From the NCBI GenBank assembly GCA_900544255.1, contig UQUM01000005.1, positions 24,892 through 88,891 on the forward strand: a stretch of 64,000 bases of DNA, written 5' to 3'. The notes under the pieces were generated by a model. That model did not search any database and was not told the origin of the DNA. It saw only the letters and a list, made by a program, of their open reading frames with translations. How positions within the stretch are numbered: the stretch's first letter is position 1; each line of letters starts with the position of its first letter. This DNA is from an uncultured Sutterella sp. (lineage in GTDB: Bacteria > Pseudomonadota > Gammaproteobacteria > Burkholderiales > Burkholderiaceae_F). Positions 18,900 to 27,001 of the stretch are shown here, one piece after another. The translations under genes were made by a program, and so were the position numbers.

Positions 18900-19120
18900 A
18901 GTTCTTCCTCTGCAGTACTTGAAAAGGCACACATACCCTTTCAGACGATCGTATTTGGTTTTCCATTATACGGAGGCCCAAAATTCACTTCCTCCGATAT
19001 TTCACTGAGAGGATTCTCCTACAAACGATTGATCAGGTTCTTACTACGGCAGGGCGCCGTTTTTCCTTTGCTACAATCCTCTTCACTTTATAAAAACATC
19101 CCTTCCTCAGGAGTCACGCT

Positions 19121-19972
19121 TTGCCTACCATCGCAAGCGGTTTTAAATTAGCCAACGGCGTCACCATGCCCTGCATCGGTCTCGGAACCTGGCAAGTGCC
19201 CGATGATGACGGACTCGTTCGGGCCATTCACAGTGCCATTGAGATCGGATACCGTCATATCGACACCGCTCACATCTACGGCAACGAGCACAGCGTCGGG
19301 GAAGCCGTCCGAACCTGCGGCATCCCGCGCGAAAAGCTCTTCGTCACCAGTAAGCTCTGGAACACGGACCGCGGCTACAAAGAAACCTTAGAAGCCTTCG
19401 AGCGCACGATGGACGTGCTGCAGATCGGTTACCTGGATCTCTTCTTGATACATTGGCCCTGCGCCCGCGGTGAAGCCATGACGTGGCAGAGCATCAATTC
19501 CGGCACGTGGCGCGCCATGGAAGAGATTTACCGTCGCGGCCGCGTGCGGGCGATCGGCGTAAGCAACTTTCTCATCCATCACCTGGTGCCGCTTCTTGCC
19601 CGTGCGGAAGTGATGCCGATGGTGAATCAGCTCGAATTTCATCCGGGATACATGCAGAAAGCCACCTTTGACTTCTGTCGCACGCACGGTATTCAGGTTT
19701 CGGCGTGGTCTCCGTTGGGCCGCGGCGCCCTCGTTAACCACCCGGTTCTCGTTGAAATCGGCGAGCGCCACGGCGTTTCGGGCGCCCAGGTGGCTTTACG
19801 CTGGTGTCTGCAGCACGGCGTGGCGGCCATCCCCAAATCCATGACCCCGGAGCGACAAAAGCAAAATGCCGATCTTTTCGGGTTCTCGCTCACAACGGAA
19901 GAAATGACGCGGCTTGACAAACTGCCGCAGGCCTGTTTCTCGGGGCTCGATCCCGACCACGTCACGTTCTGA
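19121..19972 (+). CDS. Aldo/keto reductase (DkgA/2,5-diketo-D-gluconate reductase-like)
   Basis: TTG start after a GGAG SD. GLGTWQ, IGYRHIDTAHIYGNE, IGVSNF motifs. Confidence 0.85.
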   Translation: MPTIASGFKLANGVTMPCIGLGTWQVPDDDGLVRAIHSAIEIGYRHIDTAHIYGNEHSVGEAVRTCGIPREKLFVTSKLWNTDRGYKETLEAFERTMDVLQIGYLDLFLIHWPCARGEAMTWQSINSGTWRAMEEIYRRGRVRAIGVSNFLIHHLVPLLARAEVMPMVNQLEFHPGYMQKATFDFCRTHGIQVSAWSPLGRGALVNHPVLVEIGERHGVSGAQVALRWCLQHGVAAIPKSMTPERQKQNADLFGFSLTTEEMTRLDKLPQACFSGLDPDHVTF

Positions 19973-20023
19973 CCATCCTTTTTTATTTCTTCGGCTCCGC
20001 TTCCCGGAGCCGATTTTGTCTTT

Positions 20024-20545
20024 ATGCAGCGACTCCTTTTTACCGTCCTTCTCTGCGTCGGCCTTCTCTCACCCGCCGCGGCCGAACACCTCACGGGCCG
20101 CATCATTCATATCGCCGACGGCGACACCGTCACGCTGCTCACGGAGCAAAACCAATCCGTGCGCATCCGACTCTCAGGCATTGATGCACCGGAAAAAAGG
20201 CAGCCCTTCGGCACACGGGCCCGCGAAAAAATGACTTCATGCGCCAAAGGGAAACACGCCGTCGTCGACACGCACAAAAAGGATCGTTACGGTCGTCAGG
20301 TAGGCACCGTCACCGTAGCCGGCACGGATTGCGGTTTGGAACTTCTGAAGTCGGGGCTTGCCTGGTACTACGCCGCCTACGAAAAAGAACTCCCGGCCGC
20401 GAAGCGCCTTCCCTACCGCCACGCGGAAGACAACGCCCGTAAAATGAAACGGGGCCTCTGGCAGGATAAAAATCCGCAGGCCCCGTGGGATTGGCGCAAA
20501 GTGCAGCGACAGTCCGCCACGCACCGCACGTCACTTAAAAATTGA
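20024..20545 (+). CDS. Secreted thermonuclease (SNase-like) family protein
   Basis: Signal peptide [20 protein letters not shown]. SNase motifs (GDTV...RLSGIDAPE...YGRQVG...LAWYY). Confidence 0.7.
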   Translation: MQRLLFTVLLCVGLLSPAAAEHLTGRIIHIADGDTVTLLTEQNQSVRIRLSGIDAPEKRQPFGTRAREKMTSCAKGKHAVVDTHKKDRYGRQVGTVTVAGTDCGLELLKSGLAWYYAAYEKELPAAKRLPYRHAEDNARKMKRGLWQDKNPQAPWDWRKVQRQSATHRTSLKN

Positions 20546-22117
20546 CTTCAGCACGGATCCGAGCAGACTCGACAAGCCTTTGTTGACGGCCTTTTTCGTC
20601 TGCTCGCGCACGATGGATTTCGCCACCGACTGCACGAGACCGTCCTTATGGCCGCCGCGGGGCCCGGTGGAACCGAAAATAAATTCCTCAAGACCGCTCT
20701 TATTTTTTGCGGCTTCCTTCTCGCGTTCCTCGGCTTCTTTTGCGGCCTGCTGTGCGCTTCTCACCTTCTGCACAGCTTCGTACGCACTCTCGCGATCCAC
20801 GGTCTGATCGTAGACCCCGGCCACCAACGAGGTGCGGCGCAACTCGTTGCGTTCTTCATCCGTAACGGGTCCGATGCGGCTTCCGGGCGATGCGATCCAC
20901 ACGCGTTCCGTCACGCCGGGGCGGCCCTTTTCATCAAGAAAACTCACGAGCGCTTCCCCGACCCCCAGTTCAAGAATCACTCGTGTGATGTTTAATTTCG
21001 GATTCGGCCGCATCGTCTCCCCGACGCTTTTGACCGCCTTCTGATCTTTCGGCGTAAAGGCCCGGAGGGCATGCTGAACGCGGTTGCCCAACTGCCCCAA
21101 AATAGTGTCCGGAATGTCAATAGGAGACTGCGTCACAAAGTACACACCGACGCCCTTGGAGCGGATGAGGCGCACGATCTGATCCACTTTCTCAGTGAGC
21201 GCCTTGGGGCAGTTGTCAAAAAGAAGATGCGCTTCGTCAAAGAAGAACACAAATTTGGGCTTTTCCAAGTCTCCGGCTTCAGGCAGCGTGTTGTAGATCG
21301 TATTGAGAAGCCACAACAGGAACGTTGAATAGAGCATCGGATTCTGAATGAGCTTATCCGCGGCCAAGATATTGACGACGCCTTTTCCGTCCACGGCCTG
21401 CATCAGATCCGTGATGTCGAGCATCGGCTCGCCGAAGAATTGATCCCCGCCCTGAACCTGCAGCTGCATGAGGCCCCGCTGAATGGCGCCGATCGTCGCC
21501 GCCGACACATTGCCGTAATCCAGTTTGAATTTGGCAGCATTTTCCCCAATAAAGGTGAGAAGGGCCTGCAGATCCTTCAAGTCCGTCAAATCCATCCCTT
21601 TATCCGAGGCAAATTTGAAGGCCGCTGAAAGGACGCCCGTCTGCGTATCGTTTAACTTCAGAAGCGACGCAATAAGAAGCGGCCCCATGCTCGCGATCGT
21701 CGCGCGCACAGGGGACCCCATTTCGCCGAATACGTCCCAAAGCGTCACCGGGCACGGCCCGATTTCCGGTTCCGGCATCCCATGGGACGAAAGGCGTTTC
21801 TTGAGTTTTTCCGTCAACGTCCCCGACTGGGAAATCCCCGTGAGATCCCCCTTCACGTCCGCCATGAAAACCGGTACCCCGATGCGGGAAAACTGTTCGG
21901 CCATCACCTGCAGCGTCACCGTCTTACCGGTACCGGTAGCTCCCGTAATACAGCCGTGGCGATTGGCATAAGCGGGAAGAATGTACTGAGGACGGCTCCC
22001 GTCTTCAGGATCGGTCTGTGCGATGAAAAGCGGTTCCACAACGGACTCCTTTGGTTCGGATGACAAGCCCGGGTATTGTCCCGCACGAAAGCAGTCGACG
22101 CAAGCCGCACGCAACAT
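20531..22117 (-). CDS. HerA-like / DUF853 (YjgR-type) P-loop NTPase
   Basis: Walker A GATGTGKT and Walker [10 protein letters not shown]-terminal K/E-rich tail. Its 3' end overlaps the SNase gene 3' end convergently by 15 nt. Confidence 0.75.
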   Translation of the reverse strand: MLRAACVDCFRAGQYPGLSSEPKESVVEPLFIAQTDPEDGSRPQYILPAYANRHGCITGATGTGKTVTLQVMAEQFSRIGVPVFMADVKGDLTGISQSGTLTEKLKKRLSSHGMPEPEIGPCPVTLWDVFGEMGSPVRATIASMGPLLIASLLKLNDTQTGVLSAAFKFASDKGMDLTDLKDLQALLTFIGENAAKFKLDYGNVSAATIGAIQRGLMQLQVQGGDQFFGEPMLDITDLMQAVDGKGVVNILAADKLIQNPMLYSTFLLWLLNTIYNTLPEAGDLEKPKFVFFFDEAHLLFDNCPKALTEKVDQIVRLIRSKGVGVYFVTQSPIDIPDTILGQLGNRVQHALRAFTPKDQKAVKSVGETMRPNPKLNITRVILELGVGEALVSFLDEKGRPGVTERVWIASPGSRIGPVTDEERNELRRTSLVAGVYDQTVDRESAYEAVQKVRSAQQAAKEAEEREKEAAKNKSGLEEFIFGSTGPRGGHKDGLVQSVAKSIVREQTKKAVNKGLSSLLGSVLKSIFK

Positions 22118-22171
22118 TCAGAGCGGTCTCCCCGTCGGAAAGCCGCCCCGTCTTCTTCCGCTTTGACGCAC

Positions 22172-24760
22172 TTAAGCTGCGAGCCGATCCACCGTGCTGC
22201 CGGCCTTCATCAGCCGCATTCCCCAGGCAACGACGAGCAGCGTCACGCCGGTATCGGCAAAGACCGCCATCCACATCGAGGCAAGGCCGGCTATCGCCAG
22301 CAGGGCAAACACCGCTTTCACCAACAAAGCAAAGGCAATATTCTGCACCATGGTGCGGTGCGTCAGTTCCGACAAATGCTTGAACCAAGCGATCTTGCCA
22401 ACGTCGTCGTCCATCAGCGCCACATCCGCGGCTTCAATCGCGCTGTCGGCACCTTTGATCCCCATGGCAAATCCGATGCGGGCCCGGGAAAGTGCCGGTG
22501 CATCATTGATGCCGTCGCCCACCATTGCCGTCGGCGCCTCATTTTCCAAGGCGTCCACCGTCGACAATTTCTGTTCCGGCAGGAGTTCGGCCTTAATGTT
22601 GGCGTCCGCAAGCCCCACGCGGTGCCCGATCGTTTCCGCCGCCCGGCGGTTGTCCCCCGTCAGCAGCCACGGCGTCAACCCCGCCTTCTTCATCGCGGCA
22701 AGAGCTTCAACCGCACCGGCCTTCAACGTATCGGCCACCGCTAAAACACCGACCACGCCGAACATATCGCTCACCGCTACCGCCGTTTCACCGGCTGCAT
22801 GTGCTTTTTCAAATGCGTTTTCCACAGCAGGCACCGCGAGTTTCTTCTCACGCAACCACCGCAGATTGGTGAGCCGAACAAGAGAGCCGTTCACCCGGCC
22901 TTCCGTGCCGTACCCAGGGAGCGCCTTAAAGTTTTTCACGACTGCCGTTTCCGTCCCACGGGCTTCGGCCGCAACCGTAATCGCGCGGCTCACCGGGTGA
23001 GAACTCATCGCCGCCAAACTCGCCGCCAACTGCCACACCGTCTTTTCGTCCGCCGTCCCCGTCAGTGCGAGCGACTCAAACTGCGGTTCGCCGCGCGTGA
23101 TGGTACCGGTCTTATCAAGAGCCACGTGTTTTAAGTTCCGCCCCTCTTCCAAATACACGCCGCCCTTCACCAAAATACCGCGCTGCGCTGCGAGCGCCAA
23201 TGCCGACACAATCGTCACCGGCGTCGAAATCACGATGGCGCAGGGGCAAGCAATCACGAGAATTACCAAACCACGGTAAATCCACGTCATCCAGTCACCG
23301 GTCACAAGCGCCCCGACAATCATCACCGCCAGCGACAAACCGAATACGGCCGGGGTGTAGCGCGCGGCAAATTTATCCACAAAGCGCTGCAGCGGCGCTT
23401 TTTTCTGTTCTGCGGCTTCCACCGCCCGAATGATGCGCGAACTCATCGAATCACGCGCCGCAGCAGTCGCCCGAATCGTAAGCGTACTTTCAAGCGCCAG
23501 AGCTCCGGCCCACACCTTGCTGCCCTCGGTCTTTTGCACCGGAAGCGATTCACCCGTAATCATGGATTCATCCATGGAGCCCGTACCTTCGAGAACCACG
23601 CCGTCAAGCGCGGCGCGTTCCCCGGGTTCCACGCGGTAAACGGTACCCGCCGGCACGGACGCAATGGGTACCTTCACCCAAGTGTTGTCCACGAACGTTT
23701 CCACTTCGGTCGGTGCAACGTTTAAAAGCGAACGGATCGCCTTCTTGGCGCGGGTCATGCTGAGGCCTTCGATCGCTTCACCGATTTCATAGAGCGCCAT
23801 CACCATCGCCGCCTCGGACCAACTGCCGAGAATCACGGCGCCGATCACCGCGACGGCCATCAGGGTCGTAATGTTGAAGACGCCGCGCACAAGCGAAAGG
23901 AGGCCCTTTTTGATCGTACCGAACCCCGCCAACAAAATCGCGGCTGCCGCAGGCACCGCCATCGACCAAATGCCCCAGCTTTCCGGCGCAGGAATGACGC
24001 CGAGATCCACAAATTCGGCCAAAAAGGCCAAGACGAGCGCCGCACCCAAACGCCCCCAAGGCAGTTTGGCTTCCCGGTTTTCCGCCGAGGCTTCCTTCAC
24101 CTGACGAATTTTGGCGTGCCACCCTGCTGCGGTAAGGCGCTTTAAGAGCGCCAAGGACTGCTGACTCTGTGTTACGACGGTCAGCGACTTCAGCCGTTTG
24201 TCCACCGAGGCGTCCAATCCCAACACCTTAAGTACGGCTTCAACGTCCGCATCCGTCTTCATATTGTCAATGACGTAGACCGTTTCCGCTGCGCCTTGCG
24301 TGTCGTTCACGACTTCGGCCGGCATGTTGATCGCCTTGAAGGTCGCCAAAATCGCGGTGATGTCCGACCGGCCTTCGGACAGCGTGAGCGTCACCACCCG
24401 ATTCATCGTATCGCAGGCAATGTCGAGCACCGTTTCATTGCCTTTGAGCGCCTCCTTAATTTCCGCCGCTTCCACCGGGCAGTCCATCGCTTCGACGTAA
24501 AGCGTCAACGTTCTCGCGCGGCCCTTCACCGTTTCTTCCACGAGTTCGGCGGGCATGTCCATTTTCTTGAAAAAGTCGAGCCAAGCACCTGACCTTTCAG
24601 TGAGTGCCGTCGTCAATTCCACCGTCCGGTTCATGACGTCAAATGCGGCCTCCGTCACCGACGGATACTTTTTGAGCGCCTCCTTGATTTCCCCAACTTC
24701 CACGGGGCAGTCCATCGCCGGAACCTTAAAACGCAAGACTTTCTGAGCGGTTGTCGTCAT
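22172..24760 (-). CDS. zntA: P1B-type heavy-metal ATPase, Zn/Cd/Pb subtype (ZntA/CadA-like)
   Basis: DKTGT phosphorylation site, CPC in TM6, HP motif, GDGINDAP, C-terminal ADTG (Zn/Cd/Pb signature). Three N-terminal HMA-like repeats carry MDCPVE rather than CxxC. Confidence 0.85.
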   Translation of the reverse strand: MTTTAQKVLRFKVPAMDCPVEVGEIKEALKKYPSVTEAAFDVMNRTVELTTALTERSGAWLDFFKKMDMPAELVEETVKGRARTLTLYVEAMDCPVEAAEIKEALKGNETVLDIACDTMNRVVTLTLSEGRSDITAILATFKAINMPAEVVNDTQGAAETVYVIDNMKTDADVEAVLKVLGLDASVDKRLKSLTVVTQSQQSLALLKRLTAAGWHAKIRQVKEASAENREAKLPWGRLGAALVLAFLAEFVDLGVIPAPESWGIWSMAVPAAAAILLAGFGTIKKGLLSLVRGVFNITTLMAVAVIGAVILGSWSEAAMVMALYEIGEAIEGLSMTRAKKAIRSLLNVAPTEVETFVDNTWVKVPIASVPAGTVYRVEPGERAALDGVVLEGTGSMDESMITGESLPVQKTEGSKVWAGALALESTLTIRATAAARDSMSSRIIRAVEAAEQKKAPLQRFVDKFAARYTPAVFGLSLAVMIVGALVTGDWMTWIYRGLVILVIACPCAIVISTPVTIVSALALAAQRGILVKGGVYLEEGRNLKHVALDKTGTITRGEPQFESLALTGTADEKTVWQLAASLAAMSSHPVSRAITVAAEARGTETAVVKNFKALPGYGTEGRVNGSLVRLTNLRWLREKKLAVPAVENAFEKAHAAGETAVAVSDMFGVVGVLAVADTLKAGAVEALAAMKKAGLTPWLLTGDNRRAAETIGHRVGLADANIKAELLPEQKLSTVDALENEAPTAMVGDGINDAPALSRARIGFAMGIKGADSAIEAADVALMDDDVGKIAWFKHLSELTHRTMVQNIAFALLVKAVFALLAIAGLASMWMAVFADTGVTLLVVAWGMRLMKAGSTVDRLAA

Positions 24761-24801
24761 GGTTTTTAACCCTGAACTTTGTTAATGTATGAGGATTAAA
24801 A

Positions 24802-24822
24802 ACCCTGAAGTCGCTTCAGGGT
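24802..24822. promoter_or_regulatory. MerR-family operator: perfect 9-3-9 palindrome ACCCTGAAG-TCG-CTTCAGGGT within a 19-bp spacer promoter of the ATPase gene
   Basis: Minus-sense TTGACC-(19 nt containing the palindrome)-TTTAAT upstream of the ATPase ATG. Divergent from the MerR regulator gene. Resembles CadR/ZntR/PbrR operators. Confidence 0.6.
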
Positions 24823-24858
24823 CAAGTCCCCGCAACTACTTTTGGGAAATTTCGTGTC

Positions 24859-25335
24859 ATGCGCATCGGAGAATTAGCCGCCCAGTCCGGTTTTTCCGTC
24901 GAAACCATCCGCTTTTACGAGGCGAAGGGCCTCATTGACCCCGCGCTGCGCACTCAGTCCAACTACCGGATCTACGGCGACAAGCATCTGGAGCGGCTGC
25001 GCTTTATCCGACACTGCCGTGCCCTCGACATGAGTTTGGAAGACATTGCGGCGCTCGTGGCTTTTGACGCCAACAAACTCGACGACTGCCGCCATGTTCA
25101 CGTGATGGTGGCGGAACACGTTAAAAAGATCAGTGACAAAATCCGGGAACTGCAGCAGCTTCGCGAGCACCTCCTCGCGCTCGCCCTGCGCTGTCCCGGC
25201 CACCGCGACGGTCATCCCTGCGGCATTCTCACGGGGCTTGAAGAAGACGCCAAAACCGGTCACTGCTCCTGCGGGATCGAAAACGCCGCCCCTGAAACAA
25301 CTGCTCTCAAAAAAGAAGCCCTGAAGTTTTCCTGA
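24859..25335 (+). CDS. MerR-family metal-responsive regulator (CadR/ZntR/PbrR subfamily)
   Basis: N-terminal MerR HTH (MRIGELAAQSGFSVETIRFYE), dimerisation helix, metal-binding Cys (C77-like, CPGHRDGHPCG). Confidence 0.85.
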   Translation: MRIGELAAQSGFSVETIRFYEAKGLIDPALRTQSNYRIYGDKHLERLRFIRHCRALDMSLEDIAALVAFDANKLDDCRHVHVMVAEHVKKISDKIRELQQLREHLLALALRCPGHRDGHPCGILTGLEEDAKTGHCSCGIENAAPETTALKKEALKFS

Positions 25336-25385
25336 CGCGGTAAAGTTTCGTCCTTTTTTGAAGCATTGCGCACGCGGAGACCGTC

Positions 25386-25979
25386 ATGCAGCACCTGCTC
25401 GCCTTTTTTTCTGATCCCCTGAACCTCAAAACTCTCTTTGTCTTGGCTCTGATCGCCGTTGTCGTCGCCGTCCCGACCTGGGTTCTCGTCAAATGGGCCA
25501 AGGCTTTTCCGCCCGCGCTGAAGCATCCAAAATTGACTTCGGGCTTTGGCGGTTGGCTCATCGTCTTTTTGGCGGGGCAGGTCGCCTGGTTTCTGCGCGG
25601 GCTCTGGGAAGCCTGCTACCTCTCGGGCGAACTTGTCTACGTCTATCAAAAGTCGCCGGGCACCCTTTTGAGTATTCTCGTCGCCGTACTCCCCACGGTG
25701 CTCGCCCTCATCTTGGGGGCGGTCGTTATTTGGCAGCTCGTCGCCAAACGCACCCCGTCGGCCGTTGCCGTCGTCATCGTCTTCGTCTGGCTGATGGGCC
25801 CCGCCGTCGCCGCACTGCAGAGTTGGTACTTTGACGGAGCGCTCACCGAACTCTCGATCTTCGAACTCTTCGGCTGGGCACTCGCCTGGACGTTGTACTT
25901 TGCCGTGAGCCGCCGCGTCGCCCTCACGTACGGCACGCCGCGCGGCCGCACGCTTGCCGAAACCGGCAAGCAATACTAA
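25386..25979 (+). CDS. Small inner-membrane protein (DUF2569-like), 4 predicted TM
   Basis: 197 aa, hydrophobic. Immediately downstream of the MerR regulator. Confidence 0.45.
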   Translation: MQHLLAFFSDPLNLKTLFVLALIAVVVAVPTWVLVKWAKAFPPALKHPKLTSGFGGWLIVFLAGQVAWFLRGLWEACYLSGELVYVYQKSPGTLLSILVAVLPTVLALILGAVVIWQLVAKRTPSAVAVVIVFVWLMGPAVAALQSWYFDGALTELSIFELFGWALAWTLYFAVSRRVALTYGTPRGRTLAETGKQY

Positions 25980-26752
25980 TCGCGCCGCAGAATAAACATC
26001 GGGAAAAGCTCCTTCAGGTGCTTTTCCAACGCTTCTCCCGGGTAATCCGCCCCCACGGACGGCAGGGCTTTTTCCGCACCGGGCGGCCGCCGGTAAATCT
26101 GCAGGGCAAACGTCGTCACGCGGCGTTGCGCCAACCATTGGGCCGCGGTCTCAATATCGGCTGCCGACAAAAGTTCCGGATGCACTGTCATTCGGACTTC
26201 CGTCGGAATACCGGCAGCACGAATCAGGTCAAAACTCTCGCGCCACAGTCGGGCACTCCCCGGCCGCCCCGTCACACTTTCAAAAAGAGCCTCAGCCTCG
26301 GGCGGCGCCTTTACGTCAAGCCCCACCCAATCCAAGTCCGGCAGCAGAGCTTTCAGCCGCCTCGGATAGGCGCCCCCGGTATGAAGCCCCACCGCCATTG
26401 CATACCTCTCCTTCACAACCCTGACCGCCGCCGGCAGCGCCGGATCCACGGTCGGCTCGCCCCCGGAAAACACCACGCCGTCCAAGAGGCCGCGACGCTT
26501 CGAAAGAAGTGCCGTCACCCGTTGCCACGTTTCATGCCCTTCGGCCAATTCCCGCGGCTGCATCCAGGCATTCTGACAATACCCGCATCGCCAGGGGCAT
26601 CCCTGCACGAACACCACCGCCGAGAGTTTCCCCGGAAAGTCAATCGTCGTAAAGGGCGTCACCGCCGCCACGCGAAGCTCTTCGGCGGGCGCGAAAAAAT
26701 CCGCACCGAAGTCCCCCTCAGTGCGGATCGTCAGAGTCTTCTTATCCGTCAT
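25976..26752 (-). CDS. nrdG: Anaerobic ribonucleotide reductase activating protein NrdG (radical SAM)
   Basis: CPWRCGYCQN radical-SAM cluster motif. ATG at 26752 overlaps the stop of the upstream small ORF (TAATG). The track gives a GTG start at 26773. Confidence 0.85.
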   Translation of the reverse strand: MTDKKTLTIRTEGDFGADFFAPAEELRVAAVTPFTTIDFPGKLSAVVFVQGCPWRCGYCQNAWMQPRELAEGHETWQRVTALLSKRRGLLDGVVFSGGEPTVDPALPAAVRVVKERYAMAVGLHTGGAYPRRLKALLPDLDWVGLDVKAPPEAEALFESVTGRPGSARLWRESFDLIRAAGIPTEVRMTVHPELLSAADIETAAQWLAQRRVTTFALQIYRRPPGAEKALPSVGADYPGEALEKHLKELFPMFILRRD

Positions 26753-26931
26753 TACTTCGTGTGCGGCGCGCACTTACTTTCCACAAAGTACTTGCGTTCT
26801 TCGAATTCGCCCTTCTTACCGATATTGAAGGACTGCACGGGGCGATGGTACCCCATCACACGAGTCCACACTTCGCAAGGCTGACGCTCACAGTCTTCCA
26901 ACTTCACGTCCGTCGTTTTAACCGCTTCCAT
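26752..26931 (-). CDS. 59-aa glycyl-radical domain protein: stand-alone C-terminal NrdD module (MEAVKTTDVKLEDCERQPCEVWTRVMGYHRPVQSFNIGKKGEFEERKYFVESKCAPHTK)
   Basis: Not in the ORF track (<60 aa). GGAGG SD 5 nt upstream of the ATG. Carries the NrdD glycyl-radical signature TRVxGY...FNxGKxxE (E. coli NrdD: TRRVCGYLG...FNAGKQEE). TAATG coupling to nrdG. Confidence 0.6.
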   Translation of the reverse strand: MEAVKTTDVKLEDCERQPCEVWTRVMGYHRPVQSFNIGKKGEFEERKYFVESKCAPHTK

Positions 26932-27001
26932 GGTTGCCTCCTATCTCTTTGTGTTTCTCCACTATAACCCAAAAACCGATTGATGCGATCTATTAACGCG
27001 A

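Noticed and set aside
17425-26000. Possible genomic island integrated at tRNA-Ser
   Set aside because: No integrase or recombinase gene, no direct repeat of the tRNA-Ser 3' end, and no obvious GC shift. The content is accessory-like, but island status is unsupported.
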